The notes: generated by a model from the letters alone, not told the origin. Counted from the stretch's first letter, positions 17,980 through 29,482 are shown. The stretch is 64,000 nucleotides of DNA from an uncultured Clostridiaceae bacterium (GCA_948356915.1 CAOJCG010000002.1:128484-192483); one strand, 5' to 3'. Numbers and translations: made by a program.

Positions 17980-19728
17980 TTATTGTTCTATTTGCCATTT
18001 TAAAATTGGATAACCATTATTTATTCCTGTATCATCTGTCCATATTTCTATTTCATTTCCTTCATTTAATTTAGTTGCATATCCTTTTAAGTTTTCTTCG
18101 GTTACTTTACCTGTTGTATAATGGCTAGAAGGACTAGACCAATATGAATATGCAGTTGATGTATCTGTATAATATGTTTTTGTTATACTACCACTATTCT
18201 TTCTACCAACAATCCCTCCTGCCAAATTAGTATTTGCATTTTGAGCTGTTATTGTTCCATAATTATAACAATTGGTTACTTCGCCTTCCGCCATTCGACC
18301 AGTTATTCCTCCAGTATCATTAGTATACCAACCTCCTGTTGCTATTACATTACCTACATTATAACAATTTTCTATTAATTCGAAAGATGTAGCTACAATG
18401 CCTCCTACATGATTGGCTGGGCGCATGTCTTGATTATTGTTTGCGACATTAATAATTTCTATGTTAGCACAATTGTAACAACTTTTTATATCTCCTAAAC
18501 TCTTACCAACAATTCCCCCTCCAGCTGTAACCCTAAATCTTCTAGTAGGTTGACACGTATTTATATTAGTAATACTTCCAGAATTTATTCCTACATTTTC
18601 TATTGTTCCTTCATTATATCCTACTAGTGATCCTATATAAGTATGCCAATCAGATGCATTTGGCGAGTTAGAATAGTCTGCATATATATTTACATTATTC
18701 ATTTTTATATTTTTTATTGTTCCTGCATTAAAAAAAAATAGTCCTGCATATTCATATTCATCTGTTTTTATATATAAATTATTTATATTTTTATATTGCC
18801 CATTAAATGTCCCTCTAAAATATATATAATCGTCATCTTCATTTTCTGGATCTAACGTCTTATACCCTATTGGTTTCCAGCTTATTTCTTTTCCACATAC
18901 AGCTGATAAGTCTATATCATTCATTAATGTTACTGTTCTTTTTTCATATGTTGCTCCTTTTTCTACTCTTTCTCTAAACTTTACTAAATCTTGTGCTGTA
19001 TATATTTCCATATCTTCTGATAAATTGCTTACATTTTGTATTTTTGTATTTATCTTTCCGCTTACTGTTTCTACTCTTATTTTATAATTTGCATTTTTTT
19101 CTACCTCTTTTTCAATTTCATATATGTTCTTTCCATTTTCTTCTACCTTTTCTGGTATTTGTATTTCTTCTTCTCCTATTTTTATTGATGTTATTTTTTC
19201 TTCTACTGTTATTTTTATCGTTATTGTCGCCATTGTATAATCTTCTTTATTTATTGCTTTTGTTTCTATTTTTATACTCTTATCTTTGTTTGTTGTTTTT
19301 TCTATATCCTGTATTGTTAGAGTTTCGTCTACTATAATAGTATACTCTTTTTCTATGTTTTCTATTTGTGCTCGAGAACTTCCTTCTTCTATATTTACTT
19401 CGTATTTATTTTTATTTATTAATTCTTTTACATCTTCTAAACTAGCTTTTTTTCCTGTTTCTTCATATTTCTTTGTTTGTATATTCATTAACTCTAGTTC
19501 TAATTCCTCTTTAATACTTGCTTTAATGTAATTTTCCCTTGTTTGCTTAGCTATTTTTATTATTCCATTTTCTCCTACTGCCATATTTATTCCTATTGTT
19601 GCTAGGATTATTAATAGTATTATTGTGATGACTAGCGATATTAATGTTATTCCCTTTGGATAATAAACGTTCACTTCTAAGGTTGTTTTAGCTTCTTTAT
19701 TTTCTATTTTTAAATTTTGCCTTTTCAT
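17980..19728 (-). CDS. Surface protein with a prepilin-like N-terminus (KGITLISLVITIILLIILA) and C-terminal GLUG-type repeats (GGIVG x5).
   Basis: Motifs read directly from the sequence. Confidence 0.5.
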   Translation of the reverse strand: MKRQNLKIENKEAKTTLEVNVYYPKGITLISLVITIILLIILATIGINMAVGENGIIKIAKQTRENYIKASIKEELELELMNIQTKKYEETGKKASLEDVKELINKNKYEVNIEEGSSRAQIENIEKEYTIIVDETLTIQDIEKTTNKDKSIKIETKAINKEDYTMATITIKITVEEKITSIKIGEEEIQIPEKVEENGKNIYEIEKEVEKNANYKIRVETVSGKINTKIQNVSNLSEDMEIYTAQDLVKFRERVEKGATYEKRTVTLMNDIDLSAVCGKEISWKPIGYKTLDPENEDDDYIYFRGTFNGQYKNINNLYIKTDEYEYAGLFFFNAGTIKNIKMNNVNIYADYSNSPNASDWHTYIGSLVGYNEGTIENVGINSGSITNINTCQPTRRFRVTAGGGIVGKSLGDIKSCYNCANIEIINVANNNQDMRPANHVGGIVATSFELIENCYNVGNVIATGGWYTNDTGGITGRMAEGEVTNCYNYGTITAQNANTNLAGGIVGRKNSGSITKTYYTDTSTAYSYWSSPSSHYTTGKVTEENLKGYATKLNEGNEIEIWTDDTGINNGYPILKWQIEQ

Positions 19729-19893
19729 TTGTTACCTCCATATTATATATATTATCCTGTATTTACAAAATTATTGTATTACATTATTGTAGTATTTGCA
19801 AGTATCTTATGTATATATTTTTTATATTATTTATTTGTGTACTTGCTACAATTTTACATTTTTACATATTATAGAACATAAGGAGGCTTTGTT

Positions 19894-21820
19894 ATGTGTG
19901 GAATTGTTGGATATGTAGGTAGCAAAAAATGTCTACCTATTTTATTAAATGGACTTAAAAGTTTAGAGTATAGAGGATATGATTCAGCTGGTGTTGCTAT
20001 AATGGAGAAAGATTGTATTGAAATTAGGAAAGAATGTGGGAGAGTTTGCTCTTTAGAAAATTCAGTGGATAGTTCTCATTTTTTAGGTAGTGTTGGAATT
20101 GCACATACTAGGTGGGCAACTCATGGAAAACCTTGCAGAGAAAATGCCCATCCTCATAAAGATAATAGCAATACTTTTGCTGTTGTACATAATGGAATTA
20201 TTGAGAATTATAAAGAGCTTCGTCAAACTTTAGAAGGCTATGGTTATTCTTTTTATTCTCAAACAGATACTGAGGTTATTCCTAATTTAATTCACTCTTA
20301 TTATTCACAAAAAGAAAAAACAAAAGAAAATTTCTTAAATGCTGTTTGTAAAGCTTGTAAAGATTTTAAAGGTAGTTATGCTCTATTAGTTTTGTGTAAG
20401 GATTTTCCTAATATGCAAATTGTGGTAAGAAAGGATAGCCCTCTTGTAATAGGATTACGGTGACCTAGAATATTTTATAGCTTCTGATATTCCTGCTATT
20501 TTAGAATATACTAAAGATTTTTATTTTTTGGATGATAATGAGTTTGCTGTAATTGAAAAAGATAATATACGTTTTTTTGATGAAGAATTAAATATAATTT
20601 GTAAGAAATATGAAACTGTTAATTTAAGTAATTTTAACACTACTAAAAATGGATATGATAATTTTATGTTAAAAGAAATATTTGAGCAACCTAAGGCAGT
20701 TATTAATACTATTAATAATTATATTTCATCAGAAAATCAAGGTGTTGAACTTTCTCAGTTTCAACCAAATATTTCTACAAACAGTTCTTCTACAATTGTT
20801 AGCCCTTCTTCCATATATAATAAACAATTTTATTTTTCTAATTTTAATTTAAGCCAAGACGACCTAAACAATATTAAACAAATCTATATTGTAGCTTGTG
20901 GAACTGCAATGCATGCTGGGCTGGCCGGCAAAAATATTATTGAAAAATTATGCAAGATACCTACCTTTATAGAAATTGCTTCAGAGTTTCGTTACCGAGA
21001 CCCTATTATTAATGAAAATACTTTATGCATATTTATTAGTCAATCTGGTGAAACTGCTGATACTATTGCGGCTTTAAAGTTGGCAAAAGAAAAGGGATCT
21101 AAAACAATTGCTTTAACTAATGTTTTTGGTAGTTCTATTACAAGAGAGGCTCATTTTTCTTTTTATACGTATGCAGGGCCTGAAATTGCAGTTGCTTCTA
21201 CTAAAGCTTATACTTGTCAAGTATCACTTATTTGCTGTTTTGCTATTTATATGGCTGAAATTTTAGAAAGTACTAATTGTAATGTATTAGAAGAATTAAA
21301 AAAGGATCTATTTGATTTGCCCACAAAAATAAAAGAAGTTTTGCAAAAGCAAGAAGAAATAAAAAATATTGCTAAACAATGCTATTTACAAAAAGATTTA
21401 TTTTTCTTAGGTAGAGGAATTGATTATGCTGTTTCTTTAGAAGGTTCTTTGAAATTAAAGGAGATTTCATATATTCACTCTGAAGCATATGCAGCTGGTG
21501 AACTAAAACATGGCCCAATTGCTTTAATTGAAGCTGGCGTTTATGTTGTTGGTATTTTAACTGATGATAAATTAACTTTAAAAACAATTAGTAATTTACA
21601 GGAAGTTATATCAAGGGGAGCTAAAACATTTGTAATTACTAATAGTAAGCTTCCTAATAATACTTTTGACTTTATTTTTACAGTTCCTAAAACTAATTCT
21701 TTTTTAACACCTATTCTTTCAGTTATTCCTCTTCAATTATTTGCTTACTATATTGCAAAAGAGAAAGGATTGGATGTAGATAAACCTAGAAATTTAGCTA
21801 AGTCTGTTACTGTTGAATAA
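19894..21820 (+). CDS. glmS: Glutamine--fructose-6-phosphate aminotransferase, interrupted by a +1 frameshift at 20458 (in-frame CGG then TGA).
   Basis: MCGIVGY start Cys, glutaminase domain 19894..20463, SIS domains 20528..21820. One extra C restores ...PLVIGLGDLEYFIASDIP... Confidence 0.85.
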
Positions 21821-21957
21821 TTATTAAATTAATGAAAATATATTATAACTAATATAAACTCAAATTTAGAATAAAAAATAGAGAATATTTACCATTATAG
21901 TATAATATTCTCTATTTACTAATAAAAGTTATTCCTCTTTACACTCTTTTATTAATT

Positions 21958-23055
21958 TTATTGTTTTATTTTTAGTTCCTTTAATATGTCTAATATATTC
22001 AGTTTCTTATTTAAATCAATATCTGCTTTTTCAACAATATAAAAAGTATCATGGTAAGTTTGTGTATAACTTTCTATGTATTCAATTTGTTGATATGTAC
22101 ATATATATACATCAATTCTAAACCTTTTATCTGGATAAGGTATTTCTAATATTAATTTTTCATCTTCATATGCATAGCAATTATTATACTCATCTATTTC
22201 ATTTAGTGCTATGAATAAAATTTCATCACCACTTATATGATATAGCCTTGTAATTTGATCTTCTTTACTGCATCTTCTATAATTCTTCGTAATATCTGCA
22301 ATTACTTTTTCAGAATTAAATTTAGGATTTAAATTTGTGACTATATTGTTATATATAAATATGTATATATTTTCATTCCAATTTGGCCTTGCCCTAAGAA
22401 GCACATTTTTACACATTCTACCTCTACGCCCTGTTTTTCTTAGCCTTTTGCTTCTCATTCTCTGACTTTCTTTATCAAAATTCGAATAAGATATATGTTT
22501 ATCTTTCAGCCTTTTTTTTAAAATTTTATTTATTATTTTTCCTCCAAAGTCTCTTTCATATGTATATTCTTCTTTCCCATTTATTATCACTTTATATTTT
22601 ACTTTATTATCCATAACAAAATTATCTTTTATTTCAAGTAAAACATCATGGTCTGAATATCCTAGTGTATATGCATTAGATATAGCAGTTATAGTTATAT
22701 TAATATTTCGTTCCTCACTTTTAAGTTCATATTGCTGTATTATTTCTTCAGTACTTTCTTCTTCTGCATAGTTATCAGTACATTTAAATAAAACATTTGT
22801 TATTCCTCCTACAATGGTACTATCCATATGTAATACAGGATAGTACATTTGTACTTTCCTTTCTTGGTCAAAGTAACTTCCAATCTCATACTCCCCAAAA
22901 ATTAAATTTTTCCCTACATATTCTCTAATCCGCTCTTCATTTTTTCTTGAAGCCTCTTTTAGTTTGTTTAATACTTCTTTTTGTTCTTTTATTTTTGTGT
23001 CAATAACTTTTTTTGTTTCGTTGTACTCTTTTAGCTTTTCAAAATACAATTCCAT
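21958..23055 (-). CDS. Hypothetical 365-aa protein with an N-terminal coiled coil and a basic KRLRKTGRRGR patch.
   Basis: ORF track. Contains an in-frame CGG (Arg42) that is read through normally. Confidence 0.5.
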   Translation of the reverse strand: MELYFEKLKEYNETKKVIDTKIKEQKEVLNKLKEASRKNEERIREYVGKNLIFGEYEIGSYFDQERKVQMYYPVLHMDSTIVGGITNVLFKCTDNYAEEESTEEIIQQYELKSEERNINITITAISNAYTLGYSDHDVLLEIKDNFVMDNKVKYKVIINGKEEYTYERDFGGKIINKILKKRLKDKHISYSNFDKESQRMRSKRLRKTGRRGRMCKNVLLRARPNWNENIYIFIYNNIVTNLNPKFNSEKVIADITKNYRRCSKEDQITRLYHISGDEILFIALNEIDEYNNCYAYEDEKLILEIPYPDKRFRIDVYICTYQQIEYIESYTQTYHDTFYIVEKADIDLNKKLNILDILKELKIKQ

Positions 23056-23145
23056 ATTTTTTCCTCCTAAAATAAATTATTATTTTTAGTTTTAAAAATT
23101 ACTTTTTATATTTTACTATATAGCCAATAATTAATTGTAATAAAA

Positions 23146-23186
23146 GTGTGTCAATATCCCCCGTTCCATTTGACACACTTTTTTAC
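23146..23186. repeat. Hairpin repeat: the 7-bp arm gtgtcaa pairs with ttgacac around a C-rich loop, followed by a T-run. A terminator-like element.
   Basis: Related copies at 35282-35320, 55060-55146 and 62594-62645. Confidence 0.6.
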
Positions 23187-23297
23187 AGCCTACTTTTCTG
23201 CTTTTATCTTCTCTTCATAAGTTGTGAGTTCTTTTTTACTTTCACTTCTAATACTAAAAGATATGGGGATTAACACATTTTTTAGTGCTCCTTTGTT

Positions 23298-23561
23298 TTA
23301 TTCTAGTATGCTTATTGGATATTTTGATCTAATTATTTTCCTTACTCCTTCCCCATCGTCTTCAATATCCTGTGACTCTATTAATCTATAAAGTCCGTTT
23401 AAATACCATTCTGTAATTTTTTTATTAATGTCATTTTCTAAGCTTACTATTGCTTTTTCTTTAGTTTCAAATTCTTTTCCCAGTCCATACTTATACCACC
23501 GAGTTTTTTCTTCTTTGTATTCATATTTCATGCATATATCCTCCTTAATCTGTTTTTGCAT
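23298..23561 (-). CDS. Hypothetical 87-aa protein.
   Basis: ORF track. Confidence 0.4.
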   Translation of the reverse strand: MQKQIKEDICMKYEYKEEKTRWYKYGLGKEFETKEKAIVSLENDINKKITEWYLNGLYRLIESQDIEDDGEGVRKIIRSKYPISILE

Positions 23562-23702
23562 TACTTAATGGTTCAAAAAAATATATTTGTATTTTATCAT
23601 AGTTTACCATAACCTGCAATATAAAAAATGCAAATTTTAATAATTTGCATTTTTTATATTTGTATCTTTTATTTCTAATTTATTAGTTTTTATAAAATTG
23701 AT

Positions 23703-24986
23703 TTAAACTTTCACTGTATGTTTCTCTTCTTTTTTCAAATCTTTTTTATTATTCATCCATTCTTTTCCATCAACTATCCTTGCTACCAACATTGATGATG
23801 CTGAATCTCCTACTACATTTAGCATAGTTGCTGGCGCATCTATTATTGTTGCAATTATTGTTAGTATTGGAAGAGCAGCGGCTGGGTAACCCATCATTGT
23901 TATTATTAGCATTTCTGATATTGTTCCACCACCTATTGGTACTGCTGTTACTAATAGTGTTGCAAGTAATGCTATTCCTATTACACTTGCTATTTCTCCT
24001 ACTGTTACCAAGCTTGTTCCAAATAAACATACTAAGAACATTATTTTAAATACTGAACCTATTATTGAACCATCTTTGTGAAAACTTGTTCCTAGTGGTA
24101 TTGTTGTTTCTGCTATATCTTCTGGTACACCTATTTTTCTGGCACCTTCTATATTTACAGGTATACATGCTGCACTTGAGCATGTTGCTAGTGATGTAAG
24201 AGTTGCTGGAATTATATTTTTCCAATAAGCTCTTATACCTTTAGTTCCACCTGCTATAAATGCATATATTGTATACATTATTATATAGAATAAAACTGAA
24301 ACTACAAAGTATATTACAAATGTTTTTAAATATCCTACTGCAATACTTGAACCAAGCTCACCTATTACTGCTGCAAAATAACATCCTAGCCCTATTGGTG
24401 CATAGTACATAATTATTTTTATAATATTATTTACTATTTCATTTGCAGAATTTAAGAAATTTAAAACTGGCTCTGCTTTTTCTTTTGCCATGTTCATTGC
24501 TATTCCAAATATTACTGAAAATATTAATAAAGCAATTAAATTATCTCTTGTTAATAGTTTTGAAAAGTCATTTACAGTTAATAAACTAACTGTTCTTTCT
24601 GCAATAGAAAGTTCTTCCTCTTCTTCTAGTGCTCCTTCATCAAAAACTTCTACTATTTTTGCAGAATCTTCAGGGTTTACAAGTTTTATAAAGTATGTAC
24701 TTAAAAAACCTACTAGTACTGCTATTACTGATGTAATTACAAATACTAATATTATAGTACCTACTATTTTACCTAAACGTTTAGGTTCTTTCATTTTAGC
24801 TACTGATGTAGTTATTGTCAAAAATATTAGTGGAACAATTATGACTAATAAAAGATTTAAAAAGATATCGCCTAATGGCTTTAAGACTGTTGCTTTTTCT
24901 TTAAAAATAAGTCCTACGACTGCACCAACAATAATAGCAACAAGAAGAATTACTGTTGATTTGTAATTTGATAAAAATTTTTTCAT
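23703..24986 (-). CDS. Dicarboxylate/amino acid:cation symporter (DAACS, GltP/SstT family).
   Basis: 427 aa, multi-TM, with a DAACS-like reentrant loop pattern. Confidence 0.75.
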   Translation of the reverse strand: MKKFLSNYKSTVILLVAIIVGAVVGLIFKEKATVLKPLGDIFLNLLLVIIVPLIFLTITTSVAKMKEPKRLGKIVGTIILVFVITSVIAVLVGFLSTYFIKLVNPEDSAKIVEVFDEGALEEEEELSIAERTVSLLTVNDFSKLLTRDNLIALLIFSVIFGIAMNMAKEKAEPVLNFLNSANEIVNNIIKIIMYYAPIGLGCYFAAVIGELGSSIAVGYLKTFVIYFVVSVLFYIIMYTIYAFIAGGTKGIRAYWKNIIPATLTSLATCSSAACIPVNIEGARKIGVPEDIAETTIPLGTSFHKDGSIIGSVFKIMFLVCLFGTSLVTVGEIASVIGIALLATLLVTAVPIGGGTISEMLIITMMGYPAAALPILTIIATIIDAPATMLNVVGDSASSMLVARIVDGKEWMNNKKDLKKEEKHTVKV

Positions 24987-25409
24987 AATACTACCCCTTT
25001 TTATTTTGGTGGTAACTAAAATTATAATTATAACTTTAGAATTCTTTTTGTATTATACTCTATATATTATTACAATTCAATACTTTTTAGAATTATTTTG
25101 TTACTTTTTTCTTTTATGGTAGCAAGAAAATAAAAAAATTTTACAAAATGGATTGACATATGTAAACATTTGTTTTATTATATAAATATAATATTATTGT
25201 ACAAAATTACAAATGTATACAAAATTAATATTATATGATAAAATATTTACGTAGAAAGAAAATATTATGTTACAAGAATTAGATAATTTAATTAACTTTA
25301 TACAAATTGAATATATGATTTTACAAATAAATGGGAACAAAGCAGTTATTTTTCTAAAATTAATTTAAAAGATACCTTAATTTGTGATGTACTTCAAAAT
25401 AAAATATTA

Positions 25410-25880
25410 TTGGATGCAATTATTAATTATAGAGAATTTATTAACGAAAATAATATACAATTATTAATGGATTTTAAACAATTTAATACAAATGAATCTA
25501 AAATTAATATTAGAACTAAAGCCAAAAACTCTATAGAATATAAAATAAAAAATTATATTGAAAATCATGAAGATGGAAAGGTACCAATAAATAAATGTTT
25601 TAACGATTTATTTGGAATAAGAATTATATGTGAAAATACACTTACACATAATGAAATTTTAAATTTAGTAAATAATAAATATACTGGTCTAAAATGCATA
25701 AACTCTTCTAAATTAAACTACAAAGCAACACATATATACTTTAAAAAGAATAACTTTAGTTTTCAATGGGAATTACAAATATGGAATAAGGTAGATGAAA
25801 TTAGCAATATAAATTCTCACGAAAAATACAAACAAGATTATGTTAGATGGGAAATTGAAAATAAAGGAGGTAGAAAATAG
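25410..25880 (+). CDS. RelA/SpoT-homolog synthetase-domain protein, small alarmone synthetase-like (toxSAS-like candidate toxin). The start may be the ATG at 25386.
   Basis: RTKAKNSIEYKIK matches the RxKxxxSxxxK motif. DLFGIRIIC matches DxxGxRI. YKATHIYF and FQWELQIW match the YxSxH / EIQIRT motifs of the RSH synthetase fold. Confidence 0.65.
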   Translation: MDAIINYREFINENNIQLLMDFKQFNTNESKINIRTKAKNSIEYKIKNYIENHEDGKVPINKCFNDLFGIRIICENTLTHNEILNLVNNKYTGLKCINSSKLNYKATHIYFKKNNFSFQWELQIWNKVDEISNINSHEKYKQDYVRWEIENKGGRK

Positions 25881-26632
25881 TGGTAACACATTTTATATTT
25901 ATGAGTAGTTCTTATTCACTAGGAACAAGAATTGCACTTGATTTTATAGTTGAAGATGCAAGCATACAAGAAGAATTGAAAAAAGACTTAGATACCATAA
26001 TTTATGAATGTGGTAGAGATGTATCTATTTCAACACATATGATACAAGCAGATAATGAATCTTGGGAGTCAGTATGCAATTCAGACCACTTTTTTAAAGG
26101 TGTTAAAGTAATAGAAGATTTAGAAACATTTATTAGCCTCATAAAAAAGGATAGAAAGTTACTTGGAATAGATATAGCAAAATACATTCTATCTAAAGTT
26201 AAATGTACACAACTAAAACTACAAAAATTAGTATATTTATGCTTTGCAGACTATTTATGTGATACTGGTAAAGCATTATTTACAGATAAAATATATGCAT
26301 TTAAATATGGTCCTGTTATAGACACAGTATATAAAAAATATAAAGAATATGGTTACGAAGCAATTGAAGAAGAAACTGGCAATATTGATAGTAACGATGT
26401 ATTTGAAATGCCTGCTAAAAGTAGAATATTATTTGCAGAAGATGGTACAGGAAAAATAATAAGCATAGAAAAAACCTTACAAAAATATGGTGAGTTAACT
26501 GCTTCAGAATTAGTAGGTATAACACATAAACCAAATTCACCTTGGAATAAAACTTATAAAAATGAAGATGTAACATTTTCACAAATAGAATTAGATACTA
26601 TTAAAGAATATCACAAATATGAACTAATATAG
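25880..26632 (+). CDS. Panacea (DUF4065) domain protein, PanA-like candidate antitoxin. Translationally coupled to the upstream gene (TAG/GTG overlap).
   Basis: KLQKLVYLCFADYL...FKYGPVIDTVYKKYKEYG...LTASELVGITHKPNSPW matches the DUF4065/SocA-GepA signature. Confidence 0.6.
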   Translation: MVTHFIFMSSSYSLGTRIALDFIVEDASIQEELKKDLDTIIYECGRDVSISTHMIQADNESWESVCNSDHFFKGVKVIEDLETFISLIKKDRKLLGIDIAKYILSKVKCTQLKLQKLVYLCFADYLCDTGKALFTDKIYAFKYGPVIDTVYKKYKEYGYEAIEEETGNIDSNDVFEMPAKSRILFAEDGTGKIISIEKTLQKYGELTASELVGITHKPNSPWNKTYKNEDVTFSQIELDTIKEYHKYELI

Positions 26633-26853
26633 CTTAATATTTAAAACTTATTTTTATTTTAAACTAAAAGGCACAGTATGGTTTTGTCATATGAGTCATT
26701 TCTAAAAACGTTGCCTATACAAGCCCAAATTATCTTCCTTATTTAGCAAGAAACCTGCATAAAGTCGTTTATTATTTTTATTTAAGTTATATAAATAACC
26801 TTTCATATGATATTTTATTATAAATAAAATTACAAACTTGCAAAGTATTTTAA

Positions 26854-27666
26854 TTAATACTCTGCAAGTTTTATTCTATCCCCTATGCTATCATCTTTTA
26901 ATAATTTGCTAGCAACATTTATAAAGTTTGTTTCCATATCTGTTAAATATATTTCATATTCTTTTGTAATCTGCTTATTATTAGTTATATTCTTTTCTTT
27001 TAATATTTTATTTAAACTTCTTGCTAATACTTCTCCTGTATTTATTACATCTACACTATCCCCTATTTGCTCTTCTATAACCTTTTTAAACAGTGGGTAA
27101 TGTGTACATCCTAATATTAGGCATTGTATATTTTTAAGACCTTTTAGATATTCTGCTACTACTAATTTTGCAATTTCATTTTCTGTCCAGCCTTCTTCTG
27201 CCATTGGAGCTAATAATGGGCATTCTCTATTTATTACATTTGCATTTTTTATTTTTTTATCAATTTTATTTTTCCATCCATTACTTCTTATCGTTCCTCT
27301 TGTTGCCATAACTCCTATATTTTCATATCCTTTATTTTTTATATATTCTACAGTGGAATCTATTATTCCTATTATTGGTATGTTATAGCATTTTTGCATT
27401 TCTTCTAAAGCTTGTGATGTAGCTGTTCCACATGCTATTATTATAGCTTTTACCTCTTTTTTTATTAAAAAATTTATTGCATTTTTACATAAGTTTATTA
27501 TACTTTCTTTTGTTTTATTTCCATATGGGAAAGATTTGGTATCTCCTAAATATATTACCTTTTCTCCTACACATTCTTCGAGTACTTCTTTTAATACTGT
27601 TAGACCTCCTACTCCTGAGTCAAACATTCCTATTGGTCTTGTATCCATTTTTCTTCCTCCTACCAC
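26854..27666 (-). CDS. murI: Glutamate racemase.
   Basis: GMFDSGVGGLTV, LGDTKSFPYG and GCTHYP motifs. Confidence 0.9.
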   Translation of the reverse strand: MVGGRKMDTRPIGMFDSGVGGLTVLKEVLEECVGEKVIYLGDTKSFPYGNKTKESIINLCKNAINFLIKKEVKAIIIACGTATSQALEEMQKCYNIPIIGIIDSTVEYIKNKGYENIGVMATRGTIRSNGWKNKIDKKIKNANVINRECPLLAPMAEEGWTENEIAKLVVAEYLKGLKNIQCLILGCTHYPLFKKVIEEQIGDSVDVINTGEVLARSLNKILKEKNITNNKQITKEYEIYLTDMETNFINVASKLLKDDSIGDRIKLAEY

Positions 27667-27777
27667 TTAATTATATATCATATTATTACAAAAAAGTACA
27701 CATTTTTTATATTTTTTCATAATATATATTATAATTATGGTTAACTATAATAAATTTAGAAAGGATGAATAAATATT

Positions 27778-28242
27778 ATGGAATATGATAAAAATGTATG
27801 CCCTGTAGTAGATGTTGATGGCATTATAGCTTCTGGTAAACAATTTGACCTTGAAATAAAACTTCCAGAAGATAACAGAAATGTTATATATGGAGTTGTT
27901 AAAGATTGCTATGGTGATCCAATTTGTGATGCGGTTGTAAAATTAATAGAAGTTGTATGTGAATGTGGTAAAGAAGAAAGAAGACCTGTTTCTCATACTT
28001 TTACAGATAAAGAAGGAGAATTCGTTTTCGGACCTTTATGTGATAATAAATTTTATGAAATCCAAATATGGGTTGACCGTGTAAGACACTGCAAAATATG
28101 TACAGAAGTTAAACACGAAGGAAAATGCCTAAAAGGTGTAAAAATGGATTGTAAACATGACTGCAAATGCGAAAGACCTTGCGAAAAACCTTGCTTAAGA
28201 ACTGAAGTTTCTGAAGAATGTTGTGAGGATATCGATGAATAA
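27778..28242 (+). CDS. Cysteine-rich hypothetical protein, with a prealbumin-like N-terminal domain and a C-rich C-terminus.
   Basis: ORF track, with an RBS aaaggatg. 20 Cys in 154 aa. Confidence 0.45.
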   Translation: MEYDKNVCPVVDVDGIIASGKQFDLEIKLPEDNRNVIYGVVKDCYGDPICDAVVKLIEVVCECGKEERRPVSHTFTDKEGEFVFGPLCDNKFYEIQIWVDRVRHCKICTEVKHEGKCLKGVKMDCKHDCKCERPCEKPCLRTEVSEECCEDIDE

Positions 28243-28247
28243 AAAGG

Positions 28248-28320
28248 CTGAATGTCAATAATTAAGGTGGAAAACTTTTAAAAGTTTTCCACCTTAATTA
28301 TTGACATTCAGTCTTTTTTT
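28248..28320. terminator. Perfect 32-bp inverted repeat followed by a T-run. A bidirectional terminator between convergent genes.
   Basis: ctgaatgtcaataattaaggtggaaaactttt | aaaagttttccaccttaattattgacattcag tcttttttt. Confidence 0.75.
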
Positions 28321-29482
28321 AATTCATATAATCTCTTAATTTTCTTGATCTTGATGGATGTCTTAGTTTTCTTAGGGCTTTTGCTTCTATTTGTCTTATT
28401 CTTTCACGTGTTACCATGAATTCTTTTCCTACTTCTTCTAATGTACGTGCTTTTCCATCTTCTAAGCCAAATCTTAATTTTAAAACTTTTGCTTCTCTTG
28501 GTGTTAGTGTATCCATTACTTCTTCTAGTTGCTCTTTAAGCATTGTATATGCTGCTGAGTCTTGTGGCGCTGGGCTGTCATCATCTTGTATGAAGTCCCC
28601 TAAGTGACTGTCATCTTCTTCCCCTATTGGTGTTTCTAATGATACTGGGTCTTGTGCAATTTTTTGTATTTCTGCTACTTTTTCTACTGGTATTTCCATC
28701 TCTTTTGCAATTTCTTCTGGGGTTGGTTCACGTCCTAATTGTTGTAGTAAGTGCCTTGAGGTACGTATTAGTTTGTTTATTGTTTCTACCATGTGTACTG
28801 GTATTCTTATTGTTCTTGCTTGGTCTGCTATTGCTCTTGTTATTGCTTGACGAATCCACCATGTTGCATAAGTACTGAATTTGAAGCCTTTTGTGTAGTC
28901 AAATTTTTCAACTGCTTTTATTAACCCCATATTTCCTTCTTGAATTAGGTCTAAAAATAGCATTCCTCTACCTACATATTTTTTTGCAATACTTACAACT
29001 AGCCTTAAGTTTGATTCTGCTAATCTTTTTTTAGCTTCTTCATCTCCTTCTAAAACTTTCTCTGCAAGTTCTAACTCTTCATCATAGCTTAAAAGTGGAA
29101 TTTTTCCTATTTCTCTTAAGTACATTCTAACAGGGTCATCTATGCTTACTCCTTCAATTCCTGCTGTTAAATCTATTTCATCTAATTTAATATCTTCTAC
29201 TTCTTGTAAGTCTTCTATATCTGGTTCTTCTAACTCTTCTTGTAATAGATCTACTCCTATTTCTTCAAATGCATCAAATACTTTATCTAATTGTTCTGGA
29301 TTTGTATCTTCTAGTTCATTTGCAAGTTCGGTATATGTTATTTTTCCTTTTTGGTCTTTGGCTTTTTCTATTATTTCATTTATTTTTTCTTCTGATTTGT
29401 TTTCTTCTTTTTTAGTATTTTTTGTATTTTCTTTATTAGCTGCTGTTTCTTCTAATTCTTCTTTTTTGTCAGCTTTTTTCAC
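28319..29482 (-). CDS. sigA: RNA polymerase sigma-70 factor.
   Basis: Regions 1.2-4 are present; [36 protein letters not shown]. Confidence 0.9.
   Translation of the reverse strand: MKKADKKEELEETAANKENTKNTKKEENKSEEKINEIIEKAKDQKGKITYTELANELEDTNPEQLDKVFDAFEEIGVDLLQEELEEPDIEDLQEVEDIKLDEIDLTAGIEGVSIDDPVRMYLREIGKIPLLSYDEELELAEKVLEGDEEAKKRLAESNLRLVVSIAKKYVGRGMLFLDLIQEGNMGLIKAVEKFDYTKGFKFSTYATWWIRQAITRAIADQARTIRIPVHMVETINKLIRTSRHLLQQLGREPTPEEIAKEMEIPVEKVAEIQKIAQDPVSLETPIGEEDDSHLGDFIQDDDSPAPQDSAAYTMLKEQLEEVMDTLTPREAKVLKLRFGLEDGKARTLEEVGKEFMVTRERIRQIEAKALRKLRHPSRSRKLRDYMN

Noticed and set aside
19729-19893. glmS ribozyme in the glmS 5' leader
   Set aside because: The 165-nt leader is almost pure A/T and lacks the conserved GC-rich catalytic core. 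The ribozyme is not present.
25245-25365. 33-aa ORF (MLQELDNLINFIQIEYMILQINGNKAVIFLKLI) upstream of the toxSAS-like gene as a third component
   Set aside because: It has no convincing RBS and its composition is indistinguishable from AT-rich intergenic DNA. It is noted only as a possibility.
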